64,000 bases of DNA. Source: Nemertoderma westbladi (lineage: Eukaryota > Animalia > Xenacoelomorpha). The stretch covers positions 1 to 64,000 of the forward strand of contig JAUCBJ010001606.1 in the NCBI GenBank assembly GCA_032718475.1, given 5' to 3'. Position numbers and translations under genes: made by a program. Each line of letters begins with the position of its first letter. The stretch's first letter is position 1. The notes below the pieces were generated by a model. That model had not been told where the DNA came from. It did not search any database and worked only from the letters and a program-made list of their open reading frames with translations. Below, piece by piece: positions 61,901 to 64,000 of this stretch.

Positions 61901-64000
61901 GAAAGTGTAATATGTAATTCAGAACCGTAACATGTAATTCAGAAAGTGTAATATGTAATTCAGAACCGTAATATGTAATTCAGAAAGCGTAATCTGTAAT
62001 TCAGAAAGTGTAATATGTAATTCAGAAAGTGTAATATGTAATTCAGAACCGTAATATGTAATTCAGAAAGCGTAATCTGTAATTCAGAAAGTGTAATATG
62101 TAATTCAGAACCGTAATATGTAATTCAGAACCGTAATATGTAATTCAGAAAGTGTAATATGTAATTCAGAAAGTGTAATATGTAATTCAGAAAGCGTAAT
62201 CTGTAATTCAGAAAGTGTAATATATAATTCAGAAAGTGTAATATGTAATTCAGAACCGTAATATGTAATTCAGAAAGTGTAATATGTAATTCAGAAAGCG
62301 TAATATGTAATTCAGAAAGTGTAATATGTAATTCAGAACCGTAATATGTAATTCAGAAAGTGTAATATGTAATTCAGAACCGTAACATGAATTCAGAAAG
62401 TGTAATATGTAATTCAGGACCGTAACATGTAATTCAGAAAGTGTAATATGTAATTCAGAAAGCGTAATCTGTAATTCAGAAAGTGTAATATGTAATTCAG
62501 AACCGTAATATGTAATTCAGAAAGTGTAATATGTAATTCAGAAAGCGTAATATGTAATTCAGAAAGTGTAATATGTAATTCAGAACCGTAATATGTAATT
62601 CAGAAAGTGTAATATGTAATTCAGAACCGTAACATGTAATTCAGAAAGTGTAATATGTAATTCAGAACCGTAACATGTAATTCAGAAAGTGTAATATGTA
62701 ATTCAGAACCGTAATATGTAATTCAGAACCGTAATATGTAATTCAGAAAGTGTAATATCTAATTCAGAACCGTAACATGTAATTCAGAAAGTGTAATATG
62801 TAATTCAGAACCGTAATATGTAAATCAGAAAGCGTAATATGTAATTCAGAACCGTAATATGTAATTCAGAAAGTGTAATATGTAATTCAGAAACCGTAAT
62901 ATGTAATTCAGAACCGTAATATGTAATTCAGAAAGTGTAATATGTAATTCAGAACCGTAATATGTAAATCAGAAAGCGTAATAAGTAATTCAGAAAGCGT
63001 AATATGTAATTCAGAACCGTAATATGTAATTCAGAAAGTGTAATATGTAATTCAGAACCGTAATATGTATTTCAGAAATTGTAATATGTAATTCAGAACC
63101 GTAATATGTAAATCAGAAAGCGTAACATGTAATTCAGAACCGTAATATGTAATTCAGAAAGTGTAATATGTAATTCAGAAACCGTAATATGTAATTCAGA
63201 ACCGTAATATGTAATTCAGAAAGTGTAATATGTAATTCAGAACCGAAATATGTAAATCAGAAAGCGTAATATGTAATTCAGAAAGCGTAATATGTAATTC
63301 AGAACCGTAACATGTAATTCAGAAAGTGTAATATGTAATTCAGAACCGTAATATGTAAATCAGAAAGCGAAATATGAAATTCAGAACCGTAATATGTAAT
63401 TCAGAAAGTGTAATATTTAATTCAGAAACCGTAATATGTAATTCAGAATCGTAATATGTAAATCAGAAAGCGTAATATGTAATTCAGAACCGTAATATGT
63501 AATTCAGAAAGTGTAATATGTAATTCAGAACCGTAATATGTAGTTCAGAAAGTGTAATATGTAATTCAGAACCGTAATATGTAAATCAGGAAGCGTAATA
63601 TGTAATTCAGAAATCGTAATATGTAATTCAGAACCGTAATATGTAATTCAGAAAGTGTAATATGTAATTTAGAACCGTAATATGTAAATCAGAAAGCGTA
63701 ATATGTAATTCAGAACCGTAATATGTAATTCAGAAAGTGCAATATGTAATTCAGAACCGTAATATGTAAATCAGAAAGCGTAATATGTAATTCAGAACCG
63801 TAATATATAAATCAGAAAGCGTAATATGTAATTCAGAACCGTAATATGTAAATCAGAAAGCGTAATATGTAATTCAGAAAGCGTAATATGTAATTCAGAA
63901 CCGTAATATGTAAATCAGAAAGCGTCATATGTAATTCAGAAAGAGTAATATGTAATTCAGAACCGTAATATGTAATTCAGAAAGTGTAATATGTAATTCA
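55993..64000. repeat. Large satellite of 20/21-bp monomers (ATGTAATTCAGAA-CCGTAAT / -AGTGTAAT / -CCGTAAC / -AGCGTAAT), >8 kb, continues past the window
   Basis: Uninterrupted array of roughly 390 monomers in about four main variants. Confidence 0.99.

Overview
AT-rich, transposon-dense genomic DNA from an animal, probably an invertebrate. The metazoan-type N-terminal leucine zipper on ArgRS, GT-AG splicing and invertebrate-type TE families support this. Host genes: a two-exon C2H2 zinc-finger gene (15484-19043), and single-ORF QPRT, cytoplasmic ArgRS, SDS22/PPP1R7 and a double-TBC Rab-GAP-like gene. Mobile DNA: an 8.4-kb Mutator/Foldback-type element (9-bp TSD, ~700-bp TIRs) enclosing a Bel/Pao gag, a near-complete L2-type LINE, RTE and CRE-like fragments, many hAT/Tc1/MULE-type MITEs, and a 266-bp insertion with a 15-bp TSD carrying a minimal hammerhead ribozyme. 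There are several minisatellites and an >8-kb 20/21-bp satellite running off the right end. Most notable: a PDE5/6/11-like N-terminal motif on the zinc-finger protein, the gag-loaded TIR element, the hammerhead mini-element, a pseudo-GAP/active-GAP TBC tandem, an in-frame ORF1-TGA-ORF2 junction in the LINE, and intron-free coding regions in normally intron-rich housekeeping genes. All calls were made by eye and no searches were run.
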